From: an uncultured Collinsella sp. | Lineage (GTDB): Bacteria > Actinomycetota > Coriobacteriia > Coriobacteriales > Coriobacteriaceae | DNA: 64,000 bases | Direction: 5' to 3' | NCBI GenBank assembly: GCA_902469185.1 | Contig: CABRBD010000028.1 | Coordinates: 27,644-91,643, forward strand | Shown here: piece after piece, positions 7,944 through 17,741 of the stretch | Numbering within the stretch: position 1 is the stretch's first letter | How the letters are laid out: the number at the start of each line of letters is the position of its first letter | Position numbers and translations under genes: made by a program | Notes under the pieces: model-generated | The model's database searches: none | The model's input: only the letters and a program-made list of their open reading frames with translations | Told to the model about the DNA's origin: nothing

Positions 7944-9305
7944 CTACAAAATAAATCGAAGGATGTCGGAACGAAGCATATAGACAAACAGCAGCGCAAA
8001 GAGCGCGATGCCCACATAGCTCACAATCGTCTGGACCTTGAGCGGAAGCTCGCGGCCCGCAATCTTCTGAATGATCTCGATGACTAGCTTGCCGCCATCG
8101 AGTGGCGGGATGGGCAGCAGGTTCATAAAGCCAAGCGAGAATGAAATGAGGGCGGCAAACGAAAGGAACGTGGCAGGGCCGGCAGCAGCAGCCTGTGAGG
8201 ACATAACGCTAATACCCACGATCGAAGAGGACTGATCGAGAATCTCCATCGTATGCTGCGGCTGGAGCAGGCGCATCACGCCCTCCGCTGTCTGCACAAC
8301 ATAGGAGAACGACAGGCGAGCCGACGTGATGGGGTCTAAACGGACCACCTGCGTAGAGGCATACACACCTAGGCGATCGTCCTCTTTGAGCGCGACCGTG
8401 GTCGAATGCTGCTTGCCGTCACGCTCGTACTCAATGGCGATATCGTCCTTACCGGCAGCCTTGCCGATGGCATCGTAAACGTCCATCCAGGTAGAGCACG
8501 ATACTCCGTCGACCGAAAGAATCGCGTCGCCGCCCTCGATTCCCGCCGAGGCGGCAATCGAGCCTTCGTCAACCTGGCCAATCACATTGGTATCCACCGG
8601 CACGGTGACACCTGCGATGGAATAGATGCTCATAAGGAGCAAAAAACCCGTCAGGATATTGACGATAATGCCCGCAAGCAGCATAAAGGCACGCTTGACA
8701 AAGCCCTGGCCCAAATAGGTGTGCGAGCGCTCGCGCGCAAGGAATTCGGCCTCGTCGCACGGCAGTTCCCATACATCGCCCTCGGCAGTCGCATGCCCGC
8801 GATCGAACCGACGGCCGTCAAAGGTGGTATAACCCGCCGCGTCACGCGGCAGAGTCTGGTACTTGGTGGGATAGTAGCTGGGCGAAGGCTTTTCCCCTTC
8901 TTCATACCAGGGAGCGATAGAGCCCCAGCCCAACAGCAAAGCACAGGCCTCGAGCACATCCTCCTCGGACAGCTCGAGCTCGACGGCAAGATCGGCCACC
9001 GTCACCCGGCCGTGGCGATAGATGGCCGCGAGCACGCGATCGGCACACGAGACGTCGGTCGGATCCATACCGCAGATGGCAGCGTAGCCACCCAGCAGCA
9101 GCGGGGTCACGCCAAACTTGGTTCCAATGCGACGCGACGTGTAATGGATGTCAAAGCGGCACGGCAGACCCAAAAAGAAGTCGGTCACACGGACACCGCA
9201 GGCACGCGCCGCCAAAAAGTGGCCGCCCTCGTGCAAAAACACGAGGACGGAAAGCATCAGCAGGCCCCAAAAGACCGATGAGAGAACGCTCAGAACAGTA
9301 TCCAT
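7944..9305 (-). CDS. rseP: RseP/RIP site-2 metalloprotease (M50) with PDZ domain and an extra insertion
   Basis: HEGGH, NLLPIPPLDGG, PDZ (GIEGGDAILSVDG); conserved dxr-rseP-ispG order. Confidence 0.93.
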   Translation of the reverse strand: MDTVLSVLSSVFWGLLMLSVLVFLHEGGHFLAARACGVRVTDFFLGLPCRFDIHYTSRRIGTKFGVTPLLLGGYAAICGMDPTDVSCADRVLAAIYRHGRVTVADLAVELELSEEDVLEACALLLGWGSIAPWYEEGEKPSPSYYPTKYQTLPRDAAGYTTFDGRRFDRGHATAEGDVWELPCDEAEFLARERSHTYLGQGFVKRAFMLLAGIIVNILTGFLLLMSIYSIAGVTVPVDTNVIGQVDEGSIAASAGIEGGDAILSVDGVSCSTWMDVYDAIGKAAGKDDIAIEYERDGKQHSTTVALKEDDRLGVYASTQVVRLDPITSARLSFSYVVQTAEGVMRLLQPQHTMEILDQSSSIVGISVMSSQAAAAGPATFLSFAALISFSLGFMNLLPIPPLDGGKLVIEIIQKIAGRELPLKVQTIVSYVGIALFALLFVYMLRSDILRFIL

Positions 9306-9330
9306 AAAACGAAAAGGCAATCCTTATGGG

Positions 9331-10518
9331 TTAGAAACGGGTTGCAGCGAGCACCTGCGCAGCCTTTTCACGCGCCCACGCATCGGTGTCGCGAAGCTGC
9401 TCAAACGAATCGACCACCTGCATATCGTGGGCGTCCATGCAGGATTCCACAATGCGATCGATATCGGTAAAGCTGCAGCCATCGTGCAGGAAGGCATCGA
9501 CGGCGACCTCGTTGGCGGCATTGAGCACGCACGGCATGGTGCCACCCGTCTTGCCGGCACGCTCGGCCAGTGCCAGACAGCGGAAGGTATCCATGTCGGC
9601 AGCATCAAACGTGAGCTGCCCCAGCTCGCGGAAATCGATACGAGGCGCCGGAGTATCCCAACGCTCGGGATACGAGAACGCGAACTGGATGGGAATACGC
9701 ATGTCGGATGCACCGAGATGCGCCATCACGGAGCCGTCGGCGAACTCGACCATAGAGTGAATCTTGGACTGACGCTGCACGACCACGTTAATGAAATCGA
9801 GGTCGCAGTTAAACAGATGCATGGCCTCAATGCGCTCCAGGCCCTTGTTCATGAGGGTGGCGGAGTCAATGGTAATCTTGGCACCCATGGCCCACGTGGG
9901 ATGCGCGAGGGCATCGGCACGCGTCACGCGATCGAGCTCGTCGCGCGTGCGGCCAAAGAACGGACCGCCCGAGCAGGTGAGCCAAATGCAGTGGGCCTCG
10001 CGCGGGTTCTCCCCCAGATAGCACTGGTAGATGGCGGAATGCTCAGAGTCGACCGGAATAAGCTGGCCCGGTTGTGCCAACGGCATAAGCAAGTCGCCAC
10101 CGACGACGAGGGACTCCTTGTTGGCAAGGGCAAGGCGCTTATTCGAGGTCAAGGCCGCATGGCTCGCCTCGAGACCGGCGGCGCCCACAATAGCGACAAG
10201 TACGCAGTCGACATCGTCGCGATGCGCGAGCTCGCAAACCGCCTGCGCGCCAACGCCGAGCTTCGTTCCCTCGGGCAACTCCTGCAGCACGGCGTCATCG
10301 CCATGATCGACATCGGCTACGGCAACCGCCGGAACCGAGAACTCACGGGCAGCGGCAACGAGCTCAGAGGTACTGGAGTTAACGGACAGCGCCGTCACCT
10401 GCAGGCGATCGGCATGCTGGCGGCACACATCGAGCGCCTGGGTGCCGATAGAGCCTGTACAGCCCAGGATGGCAACACGGAGACGTCCATCGGAGCCATA
10501 CGTCGTCTGGAAGGACAT
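9331..10518 (-). CDS. dxr: 1-deoxy-D-xylulose-5-phosphate reductoisomerase
   Basis: LGCTGSIG, LANKESLV, PVDSEHSA, HPTWAMGAKITIDSATLMNKGLE. Confidence 0.97.
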   Translation of the reverse strand: MSFQTTYGSDGRLRVAILGCTGSIGTQALDVCRQHADRLQVTALSVNSSTSELVAAAREFSVPAVAVADVDHGDDAVLQELPEGTKLGVGAQAVCELAHRDDVDCVLVAIVGAAGLEASHAALTSNKRLALANKESLVVGGDLLMPLAQPGQLIPVDSEHSAIYQCYLGENPREAHCIWLTCSGGPFFGRTRDELDRVTRADALAHPTWAMGAKITIDSATLMNKGLERIEAMHLFNCDLDFINVVVQRQSKIHSMVEFADGSVMAHLGASDMRIPIQFAFSYPERWDTPAPRIDFRELGQLTFDAADMDTFRCLALAERAGKTGGTMPCVLNAANEVAVDAFLHDGCSFTDIDRIVESCMDAHDMQVVDSFEQLRDTDAWAREKAAQVLAATRF

Positions 10519-11432
10519 TACAGCACGCCTCCGATCATCAGCAACAGCTGCGCGGTGATGCAGCCGAAGATAAGCGAATCGCTACGATCGAGCATGCCGC
10601 CGTGGCCCGGGATAAGGTTGCCGGAATCCTTGACGCCCACACCGCGCTTGATACGCGACTCGATAAGGTCGCCGATAACGCCCAGAATGGACACCACCAC
10701 GCCGCACAGCAGCGCATAGGGCAGGCTGAGCTTGTAGAAGTGCGTCGCCCACAGGATGAGCCAAATCAAAACCGAGCCCAAGATGCCGCCGGCAAACCCC
10801 TCCCAGCTCTTTTTGGGAGAGATCTTGGGAACCATCTTGTGCTTGCCGATACGGCTGCCCACGATGTAGGCAAACGAATCGGAGACCCAAAGGGACGCGC
10901 AAACGCCCACTGAAAGCAGGGCGCCGGCAAAACCGGGCACGGCATCGCGCAGCAGCACGATAGCCGACAGCATAAAGCCAGTGTAGATGGGACCCATGAG
11001 CGTCACGGCCACATCAGAGATGCGGGTACGCGGCGACCAGACATACCAAATGCCCACAGCGAGCATCAAGGCAAAAAGCAGGGCATTCAGCAACATCGAA
11101 TCGCCCAACGCCGACAGCGGAAAGAGTACGGCGGCAGCGATACCCATGCGCTCGTTAGCCATCTTGCCATCGAGCCTTGTCATACGGAAAAACTCATAGC
11201 AGCACAGACCGCTCATGACAGAAACAAAGATGGCCGTGGGCACGATACCCAAAACCAGGCACAGGATAAAGACAACGGCGTAGACGATACCGGCGGCGGC
11301 ACGGGTAATAAAGCCCGCCAGCCACGAACCGGTGCCGCTCTTTGCTGCAGGTGCTCCCGCAGCGGCAGCCTTGCGCGCAGGCGCCGCGGAAACTGGCGTC
11401 TTGGGAGCAGATGCCTTGGGACGATCGGACAC
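10518..11432 (-). CDS. cdsA: Phosphatidate cytidylyltransferase
   Basis: SPKKSWEG, GDLIESRIKRGVGVKDSGNLIPGHGGMLDRSDS. Confidence 0.96.
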   Translation of the reverse strand: MSDRPKASAPKTPVSAAPARKAAAAGAPAAKSGTGSWLAGFITRAAAGIVYAVVFILCLVLGIVPTAIFVSVMSGLCCYEFFRMTRLDGKMANERMGIAAAVLFPLSALGDSMLLNALLFALMLAVGIWYVWSPRTRISDVAVTLMGPIYTGFMLSAIVLLRDAVPGFAGALLSVGVCASLWVSDSFAYIVGSRIGKHKMVPKISPKKSWEGFAGGILGSVLIWLILWATHFYKLSLPYALLCGVVVSILGVIGDLIESRIKRGVGVKDSGNLIPGHGGMLDRSDSLIFGCITAQLLLMIGGVL

Positions 11433-11434
11433 GA

Positions 11435-12229
11435 TTAAGCCTCCTCGGTCTTGCTCAGTCCACCAAACCTACGGTCACGGCCCTGATAGGCCAAAATGGC
11501 GTCGACAAGGCCCCAACGATCAAAGTCGGGCCAATAGGTATCGGTGACGTAGAATTCGGAATAAGCCACCTGCCACAGCAGATAGTTCGAAAGGCGCAGC
11601 TCACCAGAAGTGCGAATCACAAGCTCAGGATCGGGAAGGCCGGCGGTATAGAGGTGGGAAGCCACCATGTCGTCATCAATTGCGGCAGGATCGATCTTAC
11701 CGGCGGCAGTGTCGAGTGCGATTTGACGGACAGCGCGGGTAATCTCGGCACGCGCGCCGTAGTTGACGGCAAGCGCCAGCGTCATACCGGTGTGATCGGC
11801 GCACTCGGCAAGACCGCGTTCAAAAACATCGCGGGTCTTCTTGGGCAGCGCGGAAATGTCACCCAAAAAGACAACGCGCACATTTTCGCGCTTCAGAAGC
11901 GGCAGCTCGTCGATAAACGTCTTGGCAAACAGATGCATCAAGACGTTTACCTCATGCTGCGGACGGTTCCAGTTTTCGGTAGAAAACGCATAGGCAGAAA
12001 GCACGTCGACGCCCAGGCGCACGCAGGCGGTAATGATCTCGCGAAGGGAGACGATACCCGCCTTGTGGCCCTCAGTGCGCGCAAGACCGCGCGACGTGGC
12101 CCAACGACCGTTGCCGTCCATGATGCACGAGATATGGTGCGGAATGTTATTGAGGTCAAGGTCGGAAAAACCGACGCCCGCAGGGGCGTCGGCAAAGTAC
12201 TCGACCAGTTTATGCTCGTCGTATTGCAC
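11435..12229 (-). CDS. uppS: Undecaprenyl/isoprenyl diphosphate synthase
   Basis: IMDGNGRW, FSTENWNRP, RTSGELRLSNYLLWQ. Confidence 0.97.
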   Translation of the reverse strand: MQYDEHKLVEYFADAPAGVGFSDLDLNNIPHHISCIMDGNGRWATSRGLARTEGHKAGIVSLREIITACVRLGVDVLSAYAFSTENWNRPQHEVNVLMHLFAKTFIDELPLLKRENVRVVFLGDISALPKKTRDVFERGLAECADHTGMTLALAVNYGARAEITRAVRQIALDTAAGKIDPAAIDDDMVASHLYTAGLPDPELVIRTSGELRLSNYLLWQVAYSEFYVTDTYWPDFDRWGLVDAILAYQGRDRRFGGLSKTEEA

Positions 12230-12230
12230 C

Positions 12231-12767
12231 TTAGATCTCCATGACCTCGGCTTCTTTTTCCTTCAGAAGCTCCTCGACCTTGGCGACATACTCATCGGTG
12301 TGCTTCTGGACCTTGGCCTGCTCGCGACGGACATCGTCCTCGGTGAGCTCCTCATCGCGCTCGAGCTTGTTGTTAAAGTCGCGACGGATGTTACGGATAG
12401 ACACCTTGGCCTGCTCGGCGTACTCGCGGCACTCCTTGACGAGCTCGCGACGGCGCTCCTCAGTGGGAGCCGGGAACGGAAGACGAACGACGGTGCCATC
12501 GGAGTTGGGGGTAATACCCAGATCGGAAGCGCCGATGGCCTTGACGATAGCATTGATGAGCGCCTTGTCCCACGGCTCGATGAGCAGCATGTGGGCCTCG
12601 GGGGTCTTGACGGCGGCAACCTGCGTGACCGGCGTGGGAACACCGTAATAATCGACGGTGATGTCGGACAGAATGTTGGCATTGGCGCGGCCGGTACGAA
12701 CCTTGGAGAAGTTATGCTTGAGGGACTCGAGCGACTTGTCCATATGGGCGGTGATGTTCTCTGCCAT
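12231..12767 (-). CDS. frr: Ribosome recycling factor
   Basis: RTGRAN, DYYG, TEERRRELVK, IRNIRRD. Confidence 0.97.
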   Translation of the reverse strand: MAENITAHMDKSLESLKHNFSKVRTGRANANILSDITVDYYGVPTPVTQVAAVKTPEAHMLLIEPWDKALINAIVKAIGASDLGITPNSDGTVVRLPFPAPTEERRRELVKECREYAEQAKVSIRNIRRDFNNKLERDEELTEDDVRREQAKVQKHTDEYVAKVEELLKEKEAEVMEI

Positions 12768-12769
12768 GC

Positions 12770-13492
12770 TTAATCCTCCTGATAGACGAGCGTGCCGACG
12801 GGCTCACCCGCGAGCGCGCGCTTGACGGTGTCCTCGCCATCGATGTTGAGGACCAAAATAGGCATACGGTTATCCTGGCACAGAGCCGTAGCCGTGGAAT
12901 CCATAACCTGCAGGCCGCGAACGAGAACCTCGTGATAGGTAATCTTGTCAAAACGGACGGCATCGGCGCACTTGACGGGATCCTTGTCGTAGATGCCGTC
13001 AACCTTGGTGGCTTTAATCAGAATCTCGGCGCCGATCTCGCACGCACGAAGAGCCGCGGCGGTGTCGGTCGTAAAGTACGGATTACCCGAACCGGCGGCA
13101 AAAATAACGACGTTGCCCTTGGAAAGGTGGTTGATAGCGCGACGGCGAATATAGGGCTCGCAGATCTCGTTCATCTGGATAGCGCTCATCACGCGGCAGG
13201 GAACATCGTTATGCTCGAAGGCATCCTGCAGGGCGAGCGCGTTCATAACGGTTGCCAGCATGCCCATGTAGTCGGCCTGAGCACGCTCCATGCCACCGGC
13301 AGCGCCTGCCATGCCGCGGAAAATATTGCCGCCGCCGACAACGACGCCGACCTCATGGCCAACGGCGAGCAGCTCCTTGACCTGCTTGGCAAGATGGTCG
13401 GTAACCTTGGGGTCAATGCCATATTGGCCGTCGCCCATCAGTGCTTCGCCGGAAAGCTTAAGAAGCACGCGTTTATATCGGATGTCGGACAA
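12770..13492 (-). CDS. pyrH: UMP kinase
   Basis: [30 protein letters not shown]. Confidence 0.97.
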   Translation of the reverse strand: MSDIRYKRVLLKLSGEALMGDGQYGIDPKVTDHLAKQVKELLAVGHEVGVVVGGGNIFRGMAGAAGGMERAQADYMGMLATVMNALALQDAFEHNDVPCRVMSAIQMNEICEPYIRRRAINHLSKGNVVIFAAGSGNPYFTTDTAAALRACEIGAEILIKATKVDGIYDKDPVKCADAVRFDKITYHEVLVRGLQVMDSTATALCQDNRMPILVLNIDGEDTVKRALAGEPVGTLVYQED

Positions 13493-13550
13493 AGCGATCC
13501 TCCTTTAATTAGACTCTCAATATGATATCAAAGGCTCTGATAAGAGCCAT

Positions 13551-13586
13551 GAAAAAGCAGGCTGTGAGTAAAACCCACAGCCTGCT
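13551..13586 (-). terminator. Terminator after tsf
   Basis: aaaaagcaggctgtgagtaaaacccacagcctgct hairpin with U tract on the - strand. Confidence 0.8.
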
Positions 13587-13609
13587 CATTACCAGCTACA
13601 AGAGCTTAT

Positions 13610-14479
13610 TTACTCGCCACGGACCAGACGGTCAAAGGCAACGACGGTAATGGTGTCGCCGAGCTCCTTGGAGACCTGCTCAGCGTACTTCTTAATGGTG
13701 AGGGAGCTGTCCTTGATGAACTCCTGCTCGGTGAGCACGGACTGCTTGTAGAACTTCTCCAGACGGCCAACAGCCATCTTCTCCTGGATAGCCTCGGGCT
13801 TGCCGGACTCGGCAGCCTGGGCCATGTAGATCTGCTTCTCGTGCTCGACGGTCTCGGCCGGAACCTGATCGCGGGTAGCGCAGATCGGGGCGACGGCGGC
13901 AACCTGAAGGGCAACGTCGTGAGCGAAGGTCTTGAAGGACTCAGCCTGAGCGGTCTCGGCCTTCTCGAAGGCGAACTCGACGAGGACGCCGATCTTACCA
14001 CCCATGTGGATGTAAGAAGCGAGCGCGCCGTTCTCGGCCTTGCGGGCAGCGAAGCGGGAGATCTTCATGTTCTCGCCCATGATGTGAATCATCTCGGTGA
14101 GCTCGGAGGAAACGGTCTCCTCGCCCATCGGCTTCTCGAGCAGAGCGTCGACGTCAGCAGGCTCGGTGGTAGCGACAACCTCAGCGACCTTAGAAGCAAA
14201 GCCGGTGAACTTGGCGTTGGAGCCAACGAAGTCGGTCTCGCAGGAGAGCTCGAGCAGAGCGCCGGTCTTGCCATCCTCGGAGACGAACGCGGCGACAGCG
14301 CCCTCGTTGGTCTCACGGCCAGCCTTCTTGGCAGCCTTGGCAAGGCCGTTCTTACGCAGAACGTCGACAGCGGCGTCCATGTCGCCGTCAGCCTCGACGA
14401 GAGCCTTCTTGCACTCCATCATCGGGGAGTCGGTCATCTCGCGGAGCTGCTTGACCATAGCGGCGGTAATCTGGGCCAT
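13610..14479 (-). CDS. tsf: Elongation factor Ts
   Basis: VKQLREMT, MMECKKAL, ETDFV. Confidence 0.97.
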   Translation of the reverse strand: MAQITAAMVKQLREMTDSPMMECKKALVEADGDMDAAVDVLRKNGLAKAAKKAGRETNEGAVAAFVSEDGKTGALLELSCETDFVGSNAKFTGFASKVAEVVATTEPADVDALLEKPMGEETVSSELTEMIHIMGENMKISRFAARKAENGALASYIHMGGKIGVLVEFAFEKAETAQAESFKTFAHDVALQVAAVAPICATRDQVPAETVEHEKQIYMAQAAESGKPEAIQEKMAVGRLEKFYKQSVLTEQEFIKDSSLTIKKYAEQVSKELGDTITVVAFDRLVRGE

Positions 14480-14524
14480 TGTGGTTCCTTTCAAAGAGAT
14501 GAAAAAGAATTAACTAAGACTGAT

Positions 14525-15253
14525 TTACTCGGCCTTGGGCTCAGCGGCCATCTCGGCCTCGGAGACCTGCTCCTTACCGGAGCCAGCGAGGCAGGCGTCA
14601 GCCATGAGCTCGCACATAAGGGTGACAGCGGAGATAGCGTCATCGTTGCAGGGGATGCCGTACTCGACCTCGTCGGGATCGGAGTTGGTGTCGATCAGAG
14701 CGACGACGGGGATGTTCAGGCGCTGAGCCTCCTTGATGGCGTTCTCCTCGCGCTTAGTGTCGATGACGAAGAGAGCCTGGGGCAGACCCTTCATGTCGCG
14801 GGCGCCACCGAGGTTGGTCTGGAGCTTGGTGAGCTCCTTGCCGAGCACAGCCTGCTCCTTCTTGGGGAGCACTGCCATGCGGCCGTCCTCGACCATGGCC
14901 TCGAGCTCCTCCATGCGGTTGATGCGGGAGCGGATGGTGACGAAGTTGGTCAGCATACCGCCGAGCCAACGCTGGTTGATGTAGGGCATATTAGCGCGCT
15001 CAGCAGCGTTCTTGACGGCCTCCTGAGCCTGCTTCTTGGTGCCGACGAACAGCACGTTGCCACCCTTGGCGACGTTCTTGACGAAGGTGTAGGCCTGGTC
15101 GGCGTCGAGGATGGTCTGCTTGAGGTCGAGGATGTAGATGCCGTTGCGCTCACCGAAGATGAACGGCTTCATCTTGGGGTTCCAGCGACGGGTCTGGTGA
15201 CCGAAGTGGCAGCCGGCCTCGAGCAGGGTGCGGATATTAATCTTGGTAGCCAT
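14525..15253 (-). CDS. rpsB: 30S ribosomal protein S2
   Basis: [30 protein letters not shown]. Confidence 0.98.
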   Translation of the reverse strand: MATKINIRTLLEAGCHFGHQTRRWNPKMKPFIFGERNGIYILDLKQTILDADQAYTFVKNVAKGGNVLFVGTKKQAQEAVKNAAERANMPYINQRWLGGMLTNFVTIRSRINRMEELEAMVEDGRMAVLPKKEQAVLGKELTKLQTNLGGARDMKGLPQALFVIDTKREENAIKEAQRLNIPVVALIDTNSDPDEVEYGIPCNDDAISAVTLMCELMADACLAGSGKEQVSEAEMAAEPKAE

Positions 15254-15360
15254 GTTAAACCTCCTGTGGTTTGCCTCCGCGCGGGGTCATCCTCCAAAAC
15301 CAACCCGGACATGTGCTACCAAAGCCCGGGCACCACGGTATGAAGTAGCCGCGCGTGCGT
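15254..15360 (-). promoter_or_regulatory. Putative structured rpsB (S2) autoregulatory leader
   Basis: Long 5' UTR with a cccgggc/gtccggg pairing and GCGGAGG..AAACC..AGGAGG; its position is where S2 leaders occur. Confidence 0.4.
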
Positions 15361-15472
15361 GATAAAAACATGTTGCCGTGAAGCAACCCGATGAATGATA
15401 GCAGGAATGCATCTTCGTGCCAACCCGCAATCAAAACCACACACCTGAGTGCGGCGCGGGACGTCCCAGCCA

Positions 15473-16393
15473 CTATTCGCCTCGGGGATGGGCTTGAGCC
15501 ACGGCACGTTTGAGCCGATCGGGCGTGAGGTGCGTGTAGATCTGCGTCGTGGACAGGCTCGCATGACCCAGCAGCTCTTGAACCGAGCGCAGGTCCGCAC
15601 CGCCCTCGAGCAAGTCGGTCGCAAAGGTATGGCGCATCGCATGCGGGGCGATGTCGGCCGGAATGCCGGCGAGTGTCGCCAGAGTATGGAACCGCCGCCT
15701 GAGCATGGCGGCACTCATGCGATTACCGCGCGCCGATATAAGCAGCGGATGCGGCCCGGTAGTGGGGTCACGGCGCTTTGCCTGAGCGAGCAACTCCGGC
15801 CGCCCCTCCTCGATATAGAGACGCGTCGCCTCGAGCGCGCGACGATACAGAGGGACGATACGTTCTTTGCTCCCCTTGCCCCACAGGCGCAGCGTGCGTT
15901 CGGACCACACAATGGACTCCACATTGAGTGCTGCGAGCTCAGAGATACGGGCGCCCGAGGCATAGAGCAGCTCGAGCATCGCCGCATCGCGCAGTCCCGC
16001 GGGTGTTGAGGTATCAGGCGTCTTGAGCAGCGCCTCCACCTGTTGGGTCGTCAGCACACCGGGTAGATCGCGCGGGAGCTTGGGCGAGGAAATTGCCGAG
16101 ACCACATCGCCCTCCACGACCCCCTCGGCAGCCATCCACCGATAGAGCGAGCGAATGGCAGACAGGTGTGCCGCAAGCGTTCGGGGAGCCACCTGCTCAC
16201 GCGAAAGTTCGGCAAGATAGCGACGAATGGTGCGCACGTCGGCAGCGAAAGCATCTATATCCTCACGCTCGCACCAGGCAGCAAAACGCTCCAGCCTCGA
16301 GCCATAGGCCGTCACCGTGTTGGGAGAAAGTCCCTCGACACGTGAGATATAGGCGATAAACGAGTCGACGGTGTCGTACAGGTCAAAGGCTAT
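15473..16393 (-). CDS. xerC: Tyrosine recombinase XerC/XerD
   Basis: LRDAAMLELLYASGARISE, GKGSKER, PHAMRHTFAT, LLGHASLSTTQIY; homology extends upstream of the listed ORF start to an ATA at 16393. Confidence 0.9.
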   Translation of the reverse strand: MAFDLYDTVDSFIAYISRVEGLSPNTVTAYGSRLERFAAWCEREDIDAFAADVRTIRRYLAELSREQVAPRTLAAHLSAIRSLYRWMAAEGVVEGDVVSAISSPKLPRDLPGVLTTQQVEALLKTPDTSTPAGLRDAAMLELLYASGARISELAALNVESIVWSERTLRLWGKGSKERIVPLYRRALEATRLYIEEGRPELLAQAKRRDPTTGPHPLLISARGNRMSAAMLRRRFHTLATLAGIPADIAPHAMRHTFATDLLEGGADLRSVQELLGHASLSTTQIYTHLTPDRLKRAVAQAHPRGE

Positions 16394-17733
16394 GACCGGT
16401 CGCCTCCAAACAAATCGGGGCGAGTGGCCAGATAGGCATCAAGGGCCTCGAGCGCACGGTCCGCATAGGCCTGGTAGCGGTCGCGCTTGCTGCGGCGCTT
16501 ACCATCCTCGAGTGGCGGCACCAGGCCAAAGTTGACATGCATAGGCTGATAGCCCACGGTGGCAGGATCGGTCGCATAGCCCACGAGCGCACCCAGGGCG
16601 CCCACACGCGGCAGCTCGACGCCCGCGGCCCCGATAGCCTCGGCATAGGTGTTGAGCGCCGCGAGCAGACCCGTCGCCACGGCTTCCATGTACCCCTCGG
16701 TGCCGGTGATCTGACCGGCCAGGCGCACGCCGGTGCCGGGCACGGCAAAGGTGCCATCGAGCACGTGCGGGGCGTCGACAAAGGTATTACGGTGCATGAC
16801 ACCGTAGCGGAAGAACTCAGCGTTCTCCAGGCCCGGCACCATATGGAAGACGCGCTTCTGCTCGCCAAAGGTCAAGTTGGTCTGGAAGCCCACCAGGTTA
16901 TAGGCGGTCTTCTCCTTATTCTCGGCACGCAGCTGAATCGCCGCCCAGGGACGACGACCGGTTCGCGGATCGGTGAGGCCGACAGGCTTCATGGCGCCAA
17001 AGCGAATGGCGTCCTTGCCGGTGCGCGCAACTTCCTCGGCAGGCTGGCAGGCCTGGAACAGATCGCCGCCCTCAAAGTCCTTGAGCACCACGCGGTCGGC
17101 CGTGGTAAGCGCCTCGATAAAGGCCTCGTACTCCTCCTTATTGAGCGGAGCGTTGAGATAGTCGCCGCTCCCCTGCTCCTCGTAGCGCGACTGCGAGAAC
17201 AGCACGTCCATATCGAGCGTGGAGGCATCGACGATCGGCGCCGCGGCATCGAAGAACGCAAGGGCGTCGCCACCGACGAGCTTCATGACCTCTTCGCTCA
17301 GCGCCGGCGAGCACAAGGGGCCGGCGGCAATGACCACGTGACCTTCGGGAATCTGCGTGACCTCGCCGTGAATGATCTCGATATTGGGACGGGCGGCAAC
17401 CTCGGCCTCGACAAACTCGGAAAACTTGACGCGGTCGACCGCCAAGGCGCCACCGGCGGGAACAGCCGCGCGATGGGCGCAATCGAGCAGGACTGAACCC
17501 ATGCGCTCAAGCTCGGCCTTCAGCAATCCAGCCGCGGAATCCGGACGGGTCGACTTAAACGAATTGGAACAGACGAGCTCTGCCAGGTGATCGGTATGGT
17601 GGGCCGGGGAGCTAACCTGGGGGCGCATCTCGCACAGCCTTACGGCGAACCCGCGATCTGCCAGCTGAATCGCGCACTCCGAACCCGCCAGACCGCCACC
17701 GATAACCGTCACCTGATCAAACAGCATCTGCAA
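16390..17733 (-). CDS. trmFO: Folate-dependent tRNA m5U54 methyltransferase (Gid)
   Basis: GGGLAGSE, ELVCSNS, NLVGFQT, RYGVMHRNTF, GQITGTEGY. Confidence 0.96.
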   Translation of the reverse strand: MQMLFDQVTVIGGGLAGSECAIQLADRGFAVRLCEMRPQVSSPAHHTDHLAELVCSNSFKSTRPDSAAGLLKAELERMGSVLLDCAHRAAVPAGGALAVDRVKFSEFVEAEVAARPNIEIIHGEVTQIPEGHVVIAAGPLCSPALSEEVMKLVGGDALAFFDAAAPIVDASTLDMDVLFSQSRYEEQGSGDYLNAPLNKEEYEAFIEALTTADRVVLKDFEGGDLFQACQPAEEVARTGKDAIRFGAMKPVGLTDPRTGRRPWAAIQLRAENKEKTAYNLVGFQTNLTFGEQKRVFHMVPGLENAEFFRYGVMHRNTFVDAPHVLDGTFAVPGTGVRLAGQITGTEGYMEAVATGLLAALNTYAEAIGAAGVELPRVGALGALVGYATDPATVGYQPMHVNFGLVPPLEDGKRRSKRDRYQAYADRALEALDAYLATRPDLFGGDRS

Positions 17734-17741
17734 ACACCTTT

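Noticed and set aside
15473..16393. Tyrosine recombinase as a phage/ICE integrase
   Set aside because: Size, motifs and the dprA-trmFO-xer-rpsB context indicate the housekeeping Xer recombinase; no att sites or cargo.
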